DNA of 64,000 bases, from positions 1,792,001 to 1,856,000 of the forward strand of contig CAVZSV010000004.1 of assembly GCA_963778115.1 (NCBI GenBank). The letters are read 5' to 3'. Below are positions 1 to 10,887 of the stretch, in pieces (positions within the stretch are counted from its first letter, which is position 1; each line of letters begins with the position of its first letter). This stretch comes from an uncultured delta proteobacterium (lineage in GTDB: Bacteria > Bdellovibrionota > FAC87 > UBA2466). Made by a program: the position numbers and the translations under genes. The notes below the pieces were generated by a model. It did no database searches, was not told where the DNA came from, and saw nothing but the letters and a program-made list of their open reading frames with translations.

Positions 1-19
1 CGTTTCGCCGTTGCCCCTC

Positions 20-1555
20 TTACCATCCTTGCGCCGCTCGAGCCGCGGCCAAGTCCATCACAAACGCTTCGCCTCGCGGAGTGCCTAACCCCGTTGCGAG
101 ATCGTACCCTTCGGTTACGGAATAGCCGGTCACCGCCGAAGGCGGCATGTGAGTGGGGCCGACCGCGTTAAGGACATCGACATCGAAGAATAGAGCGTTA
201 CTATCCAGGACCACTTGGTTTTGCGTACCGATGGTTTGCGGAACTACGTCGTTAAAGTCTTGCGAAGAAAGCGCATAGATGAGCTTATTTAAGTTCCCAA
301 TCCCGACCGTTTTTCCTAACCGGTTGCTAGCTTCTTGACCCGCTAGCGCCACCAAACCTGCAATCTCAGGAGTTGCCGCACTGGTTCCGCCAACCGCTTG
401 CCACGTGGGCGGAGCGCCAGTCGTCCCGTAACTTTCATATACCGCTACTCCACCATTGATGGAGGCGTTGAAGGAAAGATCAGGTACCGCACGAAAGCCT
501 TTTACTAAATTTTGGACATCGGAATTAAGCACTGACTGAAAGTCGGGGCTTTTAAAAACAGTACTGATGCCGCCTCCGCCACCCGCCAAGGCCCAGTCTT
601 CTTTCCATACCATTTCGACGGTTCCCCCCGTGTTCTCGGAAGCGTTCAGAAAGTTATTCGGGCAAACCGAGAGACCAGCCAACTGGCACTTCCAATAATC
701 CTCGGCCGTTCCTTGGGGATTCCACTTCCAGTTAGCTTGCACGGAAGTTCCTCCCACCGAAGTCACCAAAGGATCGCTCGAGGGATAACTCACCGTGGGA
801 AAGGCGTACATCGCCGTCTGATCGGTGTTGATCGAAGCCGTTCCCCAATCTCCCGCACCTGCCACCAAGGTAATTCCCGCATCCGTCGCGTCTTGAAGGA
901 TCTTATGAAGCGAACCCTGAACATAGGTAGAGATCTCGGTGCTAGAAAAGGTAGCTTCTCCCGTGGCAAAGCTCATGGAGATGATGGCATTGGGATACTG
1001 TGTCGTCGCTATCTTAAAGCCATCAAACAAATCTTGTAATCCGTTCATCGCGGTCGTTTCTGAACTTGAAGTCACGATGTTCACCAACGTAGCGTCCGGA
1101 GCGATGACGTGGGCCCACTCAGCATCTAGAGTCGTTTCCTCGGCCCAACCCTTCTCGTCGTCGTTAGCAAGAGTATTAGTGTAGGGACCGTTGGGATAAA
1201 TAAATTGAATCGTGGTTTTAGGAAGATTATAGGTATCACTGAAATGGTCTAAATCACTCTGTAGTGTCGGGCTGCCGAAAGAATCGGCGAAGATAATGGT
1301 CTGCCCTTTGCCAGTAATCCCATTGGCGTGCAGTTTATCAATACCGTAAGCTTTCAAAAATTCATCAGGGCTATAGCAATGCTGGTTGGGACTTTGCACC
1401 GGACTTGATCCATCGGGAAAGACGCAAACGGATTTTCCGTGGAAGTGAGCGGAAGGACCGCTAATGTGAAGTGGTTTGGCTAAAAGGTTTCCCGCTACCG
1501 TCATGACGGCCAAAGCGGAAACCAAGAATTTTGAATTTAAAGATAGAGTCTTAAT
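20..1555 (-). CDS. Secreted S53 (sedolisin/kumamolisin-like) serine-carboxyl peptidase
   Basis: Motifs EETTLD (Glu/Asp of the triad), AGAGDWG (oxyanion Asp), GGTSAATP (catalytic Ser) and C-terminal Ca-site GYDLATGLGTP. The ORF track starts at TTG 1525, but the frame is open to an ATT at 1555 preceded by GGGGGGA, giving signal peptide MKTLSLNSKFLVSALAVMTVAGNLLA. Confidence 0.9.
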   Translation of the reverse strand: MKTLSLNSKFLVSALAVMTVAGNLLAKPLHISGPSAHFHGKSVCVFPDGSSPVQSPNQHCYSPDEFLKAYGIDKLHANGITGKGQTIIFADSFGSPTLQSDLDHFSDTYNLPKTTIQFIYPNGPYTNTLANDDEKGWAEETTLDAEWAHVIAPDATLVNIVTSSSETTAMNGLQDLFDGFKIATTQYPNAIISMSFATGEATFSSTEISTYVQGSLHKILQDATDAGITLVAGAGDWGTASINTDQTAMYAFPTVSYPSSDPLVTSVGGTSVQANWKWNPQGTAEDYWKCQLAGLSVCPNNFLNASENTGGTVEMVWKEDWALAGGGGGISTVFKSPDFQSVLNSDVQNLVKGFRAVPDLSFNASINGGVAVYESYGTTGAPPTWQAVGGTSAATPEIAGLVALAGQEASNRLGKTVGIGNLNKLIYALSSQDFNDVVPQTIGTQNQVVLDSNALFFDVDVLNAVGPTHMPPSAVTGYSVTEGYDLATGLGTPRGEAFVMDLAAARAAQGW

Positions 1556-1639
1556 GTTATCCCCCCAACTAATGCCCTATTCCTAGAACTCGACTAATGG
1601 GGTCATTAAGTCAAACGCGGCGGGTTAAGAACAGTACTT

Positions 1640-3685
1640 TCAATGATCGAGTTGAATTCGAGGCATCACAAAATTTTTGGAGTCTTTGGCGTACGACTCT
1701 AACATCTGACGAATGGCAGTCATTTCCGTATCGTCGGAAGGAGCTACCGATGCGTATCTTCTAAAAGCATTCACCGCTTTGGGAGTGAAAGCGGTGTCCT
1801 GATGGGCGAGCCCCCCGTAAGCAATGGCGAGCCATTTGTAGTTCGAAGGAGCTGCCTCAGATCTTTCGTCCAAAGATTCCATGGGCGACAGCACAGAGAC
1901 CGCTTCCGATAGCAGTTTAAAATCCTGGGTGGGCGTTGATAACGAAAACTGGATCAACTGTGATGCCACGAGTGCCCGATCATACCAAACCCTGTCAAAA
2001 ACAAAGGCTTCCCAACCACCATGCCGGTAACGAAACCACTCGGCGGGCCGAAACCAGCGCTCCGTCTCGATGAGATCCTTTTTTCGCTGTTCCAACGATT
2101 CTCTGCTAGTGAGGACGGTTCCTTTTCTCACCCACCTTTCGCTAAATCCAAAGGGAATGGTTTCATAAGAGTCAGTCCAGCTCTTCATATCCTCTTCGTC
2201 GGGTATCATAGGGTCGGAATAGATCGGAAAATGATCGATATTGGAATCGATAAAAGCTTTCAGATCGTAACCGACATTGAGAGCCGAACCAGGAACGACC
2301 ACGGTGGGAAAATTCTTTTCTATATTATTTTTCATCCAGGAATGCGTCAGCATAGAGCGATCCAGTAACACCACATCAGGTCGGTTTCCCTCACAATACT
2401 GGAGGTATTTGAGCACGTAACTATCGGCATCCCCTTTGGTGAGATAGAGCGCATTTTTTGGCAATGGTTCCAAGATGGCTAGTCCATACTTCTCAAGCAT
2501 CCGGTTGTCGTGTTGGTCTTGAGTCCTAAAATTAATTCCACACTGAAGACTGACGATCAAGATCGCGACTATCGGACCATATTTTTTAAAACTCTCCCGT
2601 CTCGCTACCCAAGCGATGCCGAGTCCAATCCAAGCAAAGACTAATATATTAGGCTGCTGCCAAAATCGGCTGAAGACGACTCTATTAACAGGAACATTTA
2701 ATCGGAGATTTCCAAGCCACTCAAAAACTAGAAGATAAAAAAGTAGCCCCCACACTGTGGCTAACCACAGGCCGCGCTCTTGAACGGCGGAAACCAGGGC
2801 AAAGACGACAAAAGGGACTCCTAGGTAAAGGGTCTCCTTGGGAAGACTTCCTAAGTATCCGAGTGTCGCTTCGCCAAAAACTTTTGCCGTCCCCATTGTG
2901 GAAACCAATTTCAATGTCCCATATTCGGATCGGGTGATGTGATTGAAAAATCCGGTCCACGTAGCCACGTCTCCCCAGGAGACTGGGGAAAGTCGCCCTG
3001 CCGCCCAAGGAAGATAAGCATAGGGAAGCAGCCCTAGCATAAAAAGGGCGCCTAGGGTGAAAAGGGCTTTGCCCCGCAAGAGCGAACGACGACCTCGCCA
3101 CAACACCCATACTGCCGCCGGAAACACATAGAGGATAAATGCTTGGTGATTCGCTAATCCGAGTCCCGAGAGAAGAGCACCCCCCATTGCCACTCGAACG
3201 GATCTCTCCCTCTCAAAGCGGACGAGGAGAAAAAGAAGGGCCGAGACAAAAAGATTGTTGAGGGCAAAGACTTCGGCAACGGTAGCGTAAGTCCACACCA
3301 AAGGAGAAAAAGCGAATAATCCTCCCGCCACCATTCCAGCCCAGCGATTGTTGGTCGCTTCGCCAACCGATCGCGATAGGAAGAAAGCCGCCACACTATC
3401 GCAAACGGCGGAAAAAAGGGCCACTCGCCAGGCGATGGTGCCGTAAGGAATAAAGGTGAATAGCTTAGCTAGCAATAGATAGAGTGGATAACCGGGGGGA
3501 TGTGCGACTGCTCCAAGATAACTCGCGGTGACAAGCTCGCCGCTATCGCCTCCTCCCACTCCGGGGAGCATGGTAAAGACATAAACGACGAGAACCGTAA
3601 CTCCAACGGCCGCACTTAGGGTAAAGACCTCTCTGTCAAAATCGTGAGTAAGTTGACGGAACTGATTGGCGCTCTTTGGTTTCAT
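1640..3685 (-). CDS. DUF2723 / TMEM260-like GT-C membrane glycosyltransferase (putative protein O-mannosyltransferase)
   Basis: GGDSGEL...HPPGYPLY N-terminal motif, AEVFALN, multiple TM helices and a soluble C-terminal domain. Confidence 0.85.
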   Translation of the reverse strand: MKPKSANQFRQLTHDFDREVFTLSAAVGVTVLVVYVFTMLPGVGGGDSGELVTASYLGAVAHPPGYPLYLLLAKLFTFIPYGTIAWRVALFSAVCDSVAAFFLSRSVGEATNNRWAGMVAGGLFAFSPLVWTYATVAEVFALNNLFVSALLFLLVRFERERSVRVAMGGALLSGLGLANHQAFILYVFPAAVWVLWRGRRSLLRGKALFTLGALFMLGLLPYAYLPWAAGRLSPVSWGDVATWTGFFNHITRSEYGTLKLVSTMGTAKVFGEATLGYLGSLPKETLYLGVPFVVFALVSAVQERGLWLATVWGLLFYLLVFEWLGNLRLNVPVNRVVFSRFWQQPNILVFAWIGLGIAWVARRESFKKYGPIVAILIVSLQCGINFRTQDQHDNRMLEKYGLAILEPLPKNALYLTKGDADSYVLKYLQYCEGNRPDVVLLDRSMLTHSWMKNNIEKNFPTVVVPGSALNVGYDLKAFIDSNIDHFPIYSDPMIPDEEDMKSWTDSYETIPFGFSERWVRKGTVLTSRESLEQRKKDLIETERWFRPAEWFRYRHGGWEAFVFDRVWYDRALVASQLIQFSLSTPTQDFKLLSEAVSVLSPMESLDERSEAAPSNYKWLAIAYGGLAHQDTAFTPKAVNAFRRYASVAPSDDTEMTAIRQMLESYAKDSKNFVMPRIQLDH

Positions 3686-3761
3686 AGCGAATGGTTAGTT
3701 CTAGCATCATACTCTAGCCGTGCTACTTTCGCATTCACCATGCTAGTATCCTAGACGATGA

Positions 3762-5025
<1,264 letters not shown>

Positions 5026-5163
5026 TACTCCCCCCTGAATCACACGATTGCGGGGTTATGATACCAAAAAAGCAAAGCCGTAGCTTTGAATGTCGTTTTG
5101 ACAACGAAAAGTACATTGCCAATGATTTGCGTTTCCGGCGACTTTCATTAGAATACTTTCTTC

Positions 5164-5658
5164 ATGGCATTGGTAAGGGGGTATCTTATTTTCTTCAGAC
5201 TTTTTCTTCTTCTCGGTTTGCTCGGACCTATTTTCTTAAGCGCACAAACAGTTCCTCCTTTAGAGGACGATGCCCCTAAAGAGTGTTCCAACTTAGAAAA
5301 GCTTGATCTCACGAAGCTGACGTCAGCCGATCAAGCGAAGACTACATTGGTGGGCACTTGGATCCTGTGCGTGATAAAGCAAAAGGGCGTTTTTGGAGAA
5401 AACCATTACGGAATTCAATTCACCTCGGATGAACAATGGTCACTCTTATTTCAAGACGCTTCAGGAAAGATTGAAGAGCACCCCACGGAACCGGATAGTT
5501 ACGGACTTTTCTCAATTATTGCCGATAATGGCATTTTCGAATTAAATTTTCGGGTTCCTTCGGGTTGGTTACAAGGCCAAATGGCAGTCTCCACCAGTGG
5601 AAATACGCTCTATGTGGGAGCCTTCAATCAGTATCAGCTCTATTATCGATTGAAGTAG
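5164..5658 (+). CDS. Secreted hypothetical protein
   Basis: 164-aa ORF with a hydrophobic N-terminal segment; beta-rich mature part containing LVGTWIL. Confidence 0.6.
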   Translation: MALVRGYLIFFRLFLLLGLLGPIFLSAQTVPPLEDDAPKECSNLEKLDLTKLTSADQAKTTLVGTWILCVIKQKGVFGENHYGIQFTSDEQWSLLFQDASGKIEEHPTEPDSYGLFSIIADNGIFELNFRVPSGWLQGQMAVSTSGNTLYVGAFNQYQLYYRLK

Positions 5659-5668
5659 AAGAGCGCAT

Positions 5669-6808
5669 TCACGCACTGGCGCTCCGACTGCGAGTCGGAA
5701 ACCAAATCGCTATCGCTCCACAGCAGGCGAACGAACAGACGGCCCCCGCGAAAAACACCGCTGGGTATTTAAAGTAGGTCGCAATAAGTCCGAACGCTAG
5801 ATTGCTGATAAAGAGGGAGAGATCCCAGAACACGCTATACCACCCCAGTACCGTCCCATGTCGATGCAGATCGACACCCGATATCACTTGCAACGCCATC
5901 GCGGGATAGATCAAAGCCGTTCCCAATCCCGCCGCGAAGGCACCCAAGACTGCGGTAATGGGTCCGGGGGCAAAAGCTATCCCCAATAATCCAGCCGCTT
6001 CTAGGAGGGAGGATATTCCCGCCACTTTGCCGACGGAAAGTTTATCGAGAGAACCGCCTCCCAACACTCGCATGATCACAAACCCCATCGCAAATAAAGA
6101 GACCGGCCAAGCGGCTCCTATCCAACCGCGAGAAGTAAAAAGAAGACTCGCAAACGTCGCCGTCGCCACAAACCCCGCGGAGGCAAGTCCCAATACCGTC
6201 CCCGGTCTAAACGTCTCTTTGGGAATCCATTCCAATTTAACTTTTCCAGAAGACGTCCCTTCCTCCTTGGGTAGCAAATGAACCAAGAAGTGGCCGACAA
6301 AAGGAATTAGGGCCACCAAAATGGCCACACCACGAAAGCCGAATTGATTAAAAGCAAAAGATCCCATGGGCGGTCCTATCATGGATCCCAACCAGAGAGT
6401 AACGCTGTAAAGACTAACTAATTTCCCTCGACGATTACTCGGCGCTTTAGCAATGACCCAAGCAACGCCCCCCGTGAAGCCCAGCCCTTCTCCAATTCCT
6501 TGGAGCGCCCGCCCGATTCCAAGAGAGACCAAAGTAGGTGGTAACAAGAAGATTAAGCCACCTATAAAACACATCCCGGTCGCGAGTCTCAGGGCCGCCC
6601 GTGATCCGCGACTAGTAATATAGCCGCCGACCCAAATTCTCGATCCGATGGCCCCGACCGCCTGCATGGCCATTTCAAATCCCACCATAAAATCGCTGGC
6701 CATTAGCTCGCCCCGCACGTAGCCGGGCAACACGGGGATCATGACTCCTATCGCAAGAAAAACGGAGAAAGTAGCGGAAAAAACCTTCCAGAAATCGGCT
6801 CTCTTCAT
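5669..6808 (-). CDS. MFS transporter
   Basis: About 12 hydrophobic segments; GRALQGIGEG and APSNRRGK motifs. Confidence 0.9.
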   Translation of the reverse strand: MKRADFWKVFSATFSVFLAIGVMIPVLPGYVRGELMASDFMVGFEMAMQAVGAIGSRIWVGGYITSRGSRAALRLATGMCFIGGLIFLLPPTLVSLGIGRALQGIGEGLGFTGGVAWVIAKAPSNRRGKLVSLYSVTLWLGSMIGPPMGSFAFNQFGFRGVAILVALIPFVGHFLVHLLPKEEGTSSGKVKLEWIPKETFRPGTVLGLASAGFVATATFASLLFTSRGWIGAAWPVSLFAMGFVIMRVLGGGSLDKLSVGKVAGISSLLEAAGLLGIAFAPGPITAVLGAFAAGLGTALIYPAMALQVISGVDLHRHGTVLGWYSVFWDLSLFISNLAFGLIATYFKYPAVFFAGAVCSFACCGAIAIWFPTRSRSASA

Positions 6809-6867
6809 AAGAAACGACTTAACTTCAGGGTGGCGGGTTAGGTCAAGGTTATGAGATAACTTCCCTT

Positions 6868-7401
6868 TTGCTTGTCATGAGATTTGATTTCATAAAGACG
6901 AAACGTTTGATTATCCGCCGTCTCATGCCCCATGATGCGGAGTCTGTCTCTCATTATCGAACCCTTCCTGAAGTTGCTAAGTTTCAATCGGCCTATTCCC
7001 GATCTCGCGTGGAGAGTTTGATTCAAGAGATGTCTGTGTCCGACCCTTCAGTAAAAGGAAAATGGTTTCAATTTGGAATAACTCTAGATCTCGAAGGTGT
7101 TTTGATTGGCGATATCGGCTTTCTTCACAATAATCAGAATCAAAAGAGCTGGCTTGGCTTTACTTTGAACCCGCTTTATTGGCGTCAAGGGTATGCGACC
7201 GAAGCAGTACAAGCGGTTATTACGTATTATTGCGGACTCGGCCTTTCTTCGGTCTGGGCCGCAGCAGCCTTTGAGAATCTAAACTCCATCAAGTTGCTAA
7301 AGGCAGTGGGGTTCCATCTGGTGGAGGCAACACCCGAAGAACTCATTTTTCAAAAACAACTGCCGAGTAGGGCTCAGCCTCAGACTGTTTCAAAGGTGTA
7401 A
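6868..7401 (+). CDS. GNAT N-acetyltransferase (RimJ/RimL family)
   Basis: IKTKRLIIRR, LIGDIG, YWRQGYATEA, NLNSIKLLKAVGF. Confidence 0.9.
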   Translation: MLVMRFDFIKTKRLIIRRLMPHDAESVSHYRTLPEVAKFQSAYSRSRVESLIQEMSVSDPSVKGKWFQFGITLDLEGVLIGDIGFLHNNQNQKSWLGFTLNPLYWRQGYATEAVQAVITYYCGLGLSSVWAAAAFENLNSIKLLKAVGFHLVEATPEELIFQKQLPSRAQPQTVSKV

Positions 7402-7519
7402 GAGTTCCTTTCAGGCCCAACTCGTCGTCTCTGTCTCATATTTGATCCAGTGGACTAATTACCCGCCGTTTCTCTCTCGAAAATGGCCGTGGGTCTTAGC
7501 CATTCTCTACGAAGCGCGA

Positions 7520-7535
7520 TGGCACGATCGTTGCT
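7520..7535 (+). promoter_or_regulatory. Sigma-54 (-24/-12) promoter
   Basis: TGGCACG-ATCG-TTGCT matches the TGGCACG-N4-TTGCW consensus, about 40 bp upstream of the 7573 ATG. Confidence 0.75.
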
Positions 7536-7572
7536 CTTATGCCTTTGCGAAACCTAAACCGAGGAGAGACTT

Positions 7573-8157
7573 ATGAGTAAGCAAGTAAAAGAAAGTTGGA
7601 AGTTGGCCGCGGTTACGACCGTAGTGATGCTTTTGACGTTGGTTCATGTCGCCAAAGCAGAGGATTTTGATCCTGCTTCGGAGTCTTATGATCCGAGTCG
7701 GACGACGACGGGAGCACCGCAGGATCCTTACCAGGTTTCTAACCAGGCGCCCGAAGCGGTTGCCGGTGTGGAGCAAACTAGCGACACTGAGACCGTGGAA
7801 ACCCAAGTGACAAACATTAACGGACGAAACGAAGTTTCTGCGATGTATTTTACTCAAGTGGGATCCCCAACTCTGGGAACTCACCCCTGGTACGATACTC
7901 ACGGAAATACCGTCGGCGTTAGTTTTTCACAGAATGGAAACTATATTTTCACGTTCGATAAAGTGAAAATGGATTTCCGTTGTAGCTTCACCGCCGCGCA
8001 GGTTAAAGACTGGAAGGATCGGGCCTACCAAGCCTATCTTCAAAACACGAACTCAAGTTGGGCCTTGGCAAACTACACTCAGGCCGATTCCATCCTGCAG
8101 GCGATGCAACAGGTAGCTTACGCTAAAGATCAACACGAACCTACGCAACGATACTAA
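7573..8157 (+). CDS. Secreted hypothetical protein
   Basis: RBS GAGGAG; signal peptide ending AKA-E; followed by a terminator. Confidence 0.75.
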   Translation: MSKQVKESWKLAAVTTVVMLLTLVHVAKAEDFDPASESYDPSRTTTGAPQDPYQVSNQAPEAVAGVEQTSDTETVETQVTNINGRNEVSAMYFTQVGSPTLGTHPWYDTHGNTVGVSFSQNGNYIFTFDKVKMDFRCSFTAAQVKDWKDRAYQAYLQNTNSSWALANYTQADSILQAMQQVAYAKDQHEPTQRY

Positions 8158-8187
8158 CCTTTCTTCATCGAATCTTTACTTCACACA

Positions 8188-8219
8188 GGCCGCGAGTAAA
8201 AACTCGCGGCCGTTTTTTT
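8188..8219 (+). terminator. Rho-independent terminator
   Basis: GGCCGCGAGT-AAAA-ACTCGCGGCC 10-bp stem followed by a T7 run. Confidence 0.85.
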
Positions 8220-8222
8220 CTT

Positions 8223-8906
8223 TCACTTGGTCGCTAAAGGTGCGTACACATCGGAGGTGAGTCTTCCGTAGAAGGAGACAAATCTTTTGCCACACGCCCC
8301 GGCCCCCATTCGGTTGTAGTGGCCGTCGTATTTTATTCCATTAACTCGATAATAACCGGCCATCTGATCCGCATGAGTCCAGTCACTCTTTTCGGGTTTT
8401 CCCCATCCTCGGACCGCATCTTCTGGGGTTTCATAAGGACCGGGGGCGGTATTGTCCCATGCTTGGCCCTTAAAGCCAGCCTCTTTTGCCCGTTGATTTC
8501 CCCACTTGCCATTAAACTGGTGGTCAGCCGAGCAAGCGGCCTCTCGCGATGCTTTCATCAGGGCCGGATCGACTTTCATCGGCGGAAGATGCTTCTTGTC
8601 TCTTCTCCATAGGTTGGTCGTGAGTACCATACTAAGCTCCGCTGCGCTCAAAGGAGGGATCATGGAGTCGGACTCGTCAAAAACTCCGGCAGCTCTTTGC
8701 CAGGCTTCCATCTCTTGTAATTTTTCTTTGGACCAGACCAAAGTATACGTCTGCGGCCCGTCATAACTGTCCGTGGTCACCAAACCCGATGATAAAGTCG
8801 ACCCGCTTGCGGTAGCCCGGCTCGGAGTGCTCACCAGATGAAAACCCACAGCGTATAAACTTACGGCGGCGTTAAACATGACAACCAGAAGTAGGAATTT
8901 ATTCAT
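8223..8906 (-). CDS. CAP (SCP/PR-1) domain secreted protein
   Basis: LTTNLWRR...DPALMKASREAA, AWDNTA, TPEDAVRGW...H, MGAGAC; N-terminal signal or anchor. Confidence 0.7.
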   Translation of the reverse strand: MNKFLLLVVMFNAAVSLYAVGFHLVSTPSRATASGSTLSSGLVTTDSYDGPQTYTLVWSKEKLQEMEAWQRAAGVFDESDSMIPPLSAAELSMVLTTNLWRRDKKHLPPMKVDPALMKASREAACSADHQFNGKWGNQRAKEAGFKGQAWDNTAPGPYETPEDAVRGWGKPEKSDWTHADQMAGYYRVNGIKYDGHYNRMGAGACGKRFVSFYGRLTSDVYAPLATK

Positions 8907-8949
8907 GAGATCTCCCTATCAGGACCCTTTTTCACCTGTTTCAAGATAA

Positions 8950-9873
8950 TCAGATCGTGTAAAACTCTAAATGCCTTAGTCTCGATAAAACCTCAGTCGG
9001 AGTTTCCTTCCAGCGGCGGCGAGAATCGGTATAGTAAGCCGCTTCCGGTGATAACGTCTCTAAACCCGATGAAGCCAATAGATCTTTTCGGACAAAAAAG
9101 GCATTTACCCCTCTCGAGTCGGATGCCACCAAGCCGTAACCCTTGCGTTCACCCAGCTTGTTCATCGCCGTGAGTGAAGCGCCTGAGTAATATCCGGAAA
9201 AATGCTTCTTAAAACGATCGAAATTTTCCTCGTAGGGGACGGTCAGAGAGAGAACGGGCCCAAAATCGCCATTGTATTCGATTACCACCAATCGGGGGCG
9301 GATACAATTGATGGCCTCCCATAGCCAATAGTCATAACTGTCTATATCGATAGATAAGAGATCGATTTCACCTGCGAAGGAATGATTCGTTAGAAGTTCG
9401 TTGATATTTCTCGGACTCGCGAACGCTTGAATCACTTTCACTCTGCCCGGAGCCTCTTTTGCATAGCGCTTCTTTGCCGAACGCGCCAAACTATCACTTC
9501 CCTCGATCACAAGCCCGGTCCATCCCTTTGCGCAGGAGAGAAGCCGAGTGTTACATTCGGTACCGTCTTCGATGCCTATTTCGACGAACCGTTTGGACGG
9601 GGCTTCAATTCGTGAGAAAAGAAAATCGATGAGTCCGTCTTCGCCATTTTGTGAATAGGTTCGGCTCTCCTTAGAACGGATGAGATCTCTCTGTGGCAAG
9701 TCTTCTATCTGAGTATCGGATAACGAGACAAAGCTATTCTCAAATTGGGGAGGCGACACTCTTGCGATTATCTTCACCAGAAAGATAACCACCGACGATG
9801 GAAGAATTTTTCGGAGAAGGCATTTGAACCACTGAAGGGCAATGAACCCCTTTTTCATCATTTTAGTTTCCAT
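8950..9873 (-). CDS. FkbM-like SAM-dependent methyltransferase
   Basis: YSQNGEDG, FVEIG, DLLSIDIDSYDYWLW, PRLVVIEYN, GVNAFFVR. Confidence 0.8.
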   Translation of the reverse strand: METKMMKKGFIALQWFKCLLRKILPSSVVIFLVKIIARVSPPQFENSFVSLSDTQIEDLPQRDLIRSKESRTYSQNGEDGLIDFLFSRIEAPSKRFVEIGIEDGTECNTRLLSCAKGWTGLVIEGSDSLARSAKKRYAKEAPGRVKVIQAFASPRNINELLTNHSFAGEIDLLSIDIDSYDYWLWEAINCIRPRLVVIEYNGDFGPVLSLTVPYEENFDRFKKHFSGYYSGASLTAMNKLGERKGYGLVASDSRGVNAFFVRKDLLASSGLETLSPEAAYYTDSRRRWKETPTEVLSRLRHLEFYTI

Positions 9874-9900
9874 TCTTTATCCTATTTTCCGGGCTTTGGA

Positions 9901-10887
9901 TCATGCACTGTCTCGCATTTTAGAAAGCTCCGGATGAAGGTTTTGGGGCAGGTGGGAAACGCCTTTAGCTCGAACGCCCAAACGCCCAAGACCCATCTGA
10001 ACAAATAGAGGGACTAAAAAGATTAGCTCACTGGCCACCGAGCCTAGTCGGAGCACCAACACGATCCAGATCGCCTGAGTCGAAGCGAAGTGTGCTCTTA
10101 GCAAGGAGAGAAATATTCCCTCCCGAATACCGATGCCGGCGGGAACGATAAGACTCGCCGCCCCCCCCAAAGTCGCTATGAAATGACAGGAGAGCACGAA
10201 GAACAGCTCTTTCCACGGAACCGCGACCCCCAACATTCCTAAGGACGCCAAACAGCAGGCACACTCAATCACCCAACCGAAAACAATTTGGGTGATTAAC
10301 GCAATGAGAAGTAAGGGAAAGGATATCGAGTCGTTTTGAGACGGCCCTTTATAGAGGCCCACCCATTTCGCCATCTGCAATAGCCATCCGCGCCGAAAAC
10401 AGTACAAGCCCAGTATGACGAACAGCGCTCCCACACAGAAAGGGATGAAAGATGTCGTAAGCATCGTGATGCCAGGGAGTGCGGCCAAAAACCCACCCAT
10501 GTAGTTAATCACGATCAAAACGAACAGACTGTAAGCAGAGTTGATACGCTGATCGTCTCGTTCGGTTGCTTGGTGCATATTCACAAACTGGAGTGCCTTA
10601 CCCGCGGGAACGTAGTGACAGGCGGCAGCCGCTCCGTAGGCGAAATAGCCCCGACTCAGACTCACCTCACCGCTTTTGCGGTTGGTGATAAACCACCAAC
10701 AGAAGAACTGAACGAGAGAGGCCATGACAAAGAGACAGAGGATTACACCGGCCAAGGAGGGATAGCGAACGAGAAGGCGCCAGTCGACACTGTGTCCTAG
10801 TTGACGAAGCAAAAACCCTAAATAGACGAGACCGGCTCCAAAGAGCAAGCGGCTGATAGACTGGGATTTGCGGCTGGACCATCTCAT
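9901..10887 (-). CDS. Lysylphosphatidylglycerol-synthase TM domain / flippase-like membrane protein
   Basis: YVPAGK and VPAGIGIREG motifs, many TM segments; ATG 10887 overlaps the upstream stop (ATGA). Confidence 0.75.
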   Translation of the reverse strand: MRWSSRKSQSISRLLFGAGLVYLGFLLRQLGHSVDWRLLVRYPSLAGVILCLFVMASLVQFFCWWFITNRKSGEVSLSRGYFAYGAAAACHYVPAGKALQFVNMHQATERDDQRINSAYSLFVLIVINYMGGFLAALPGITMLTTSFIPFCVGALFVILGLYCFRRGWLLQMAKWVGLYKGPSQNDSISFPLLLIALITQIVFGWVIECACCLASLGMLGVAVPWKELFFVLSCHFIATLGGAASLIVPAGIGIREGIFLSLLRAHFASTQAIWIVLVLRLGSVASELIFLVPLFVQMGLGRLGVRAKGVSHLPQNLHPELSKMRDSA

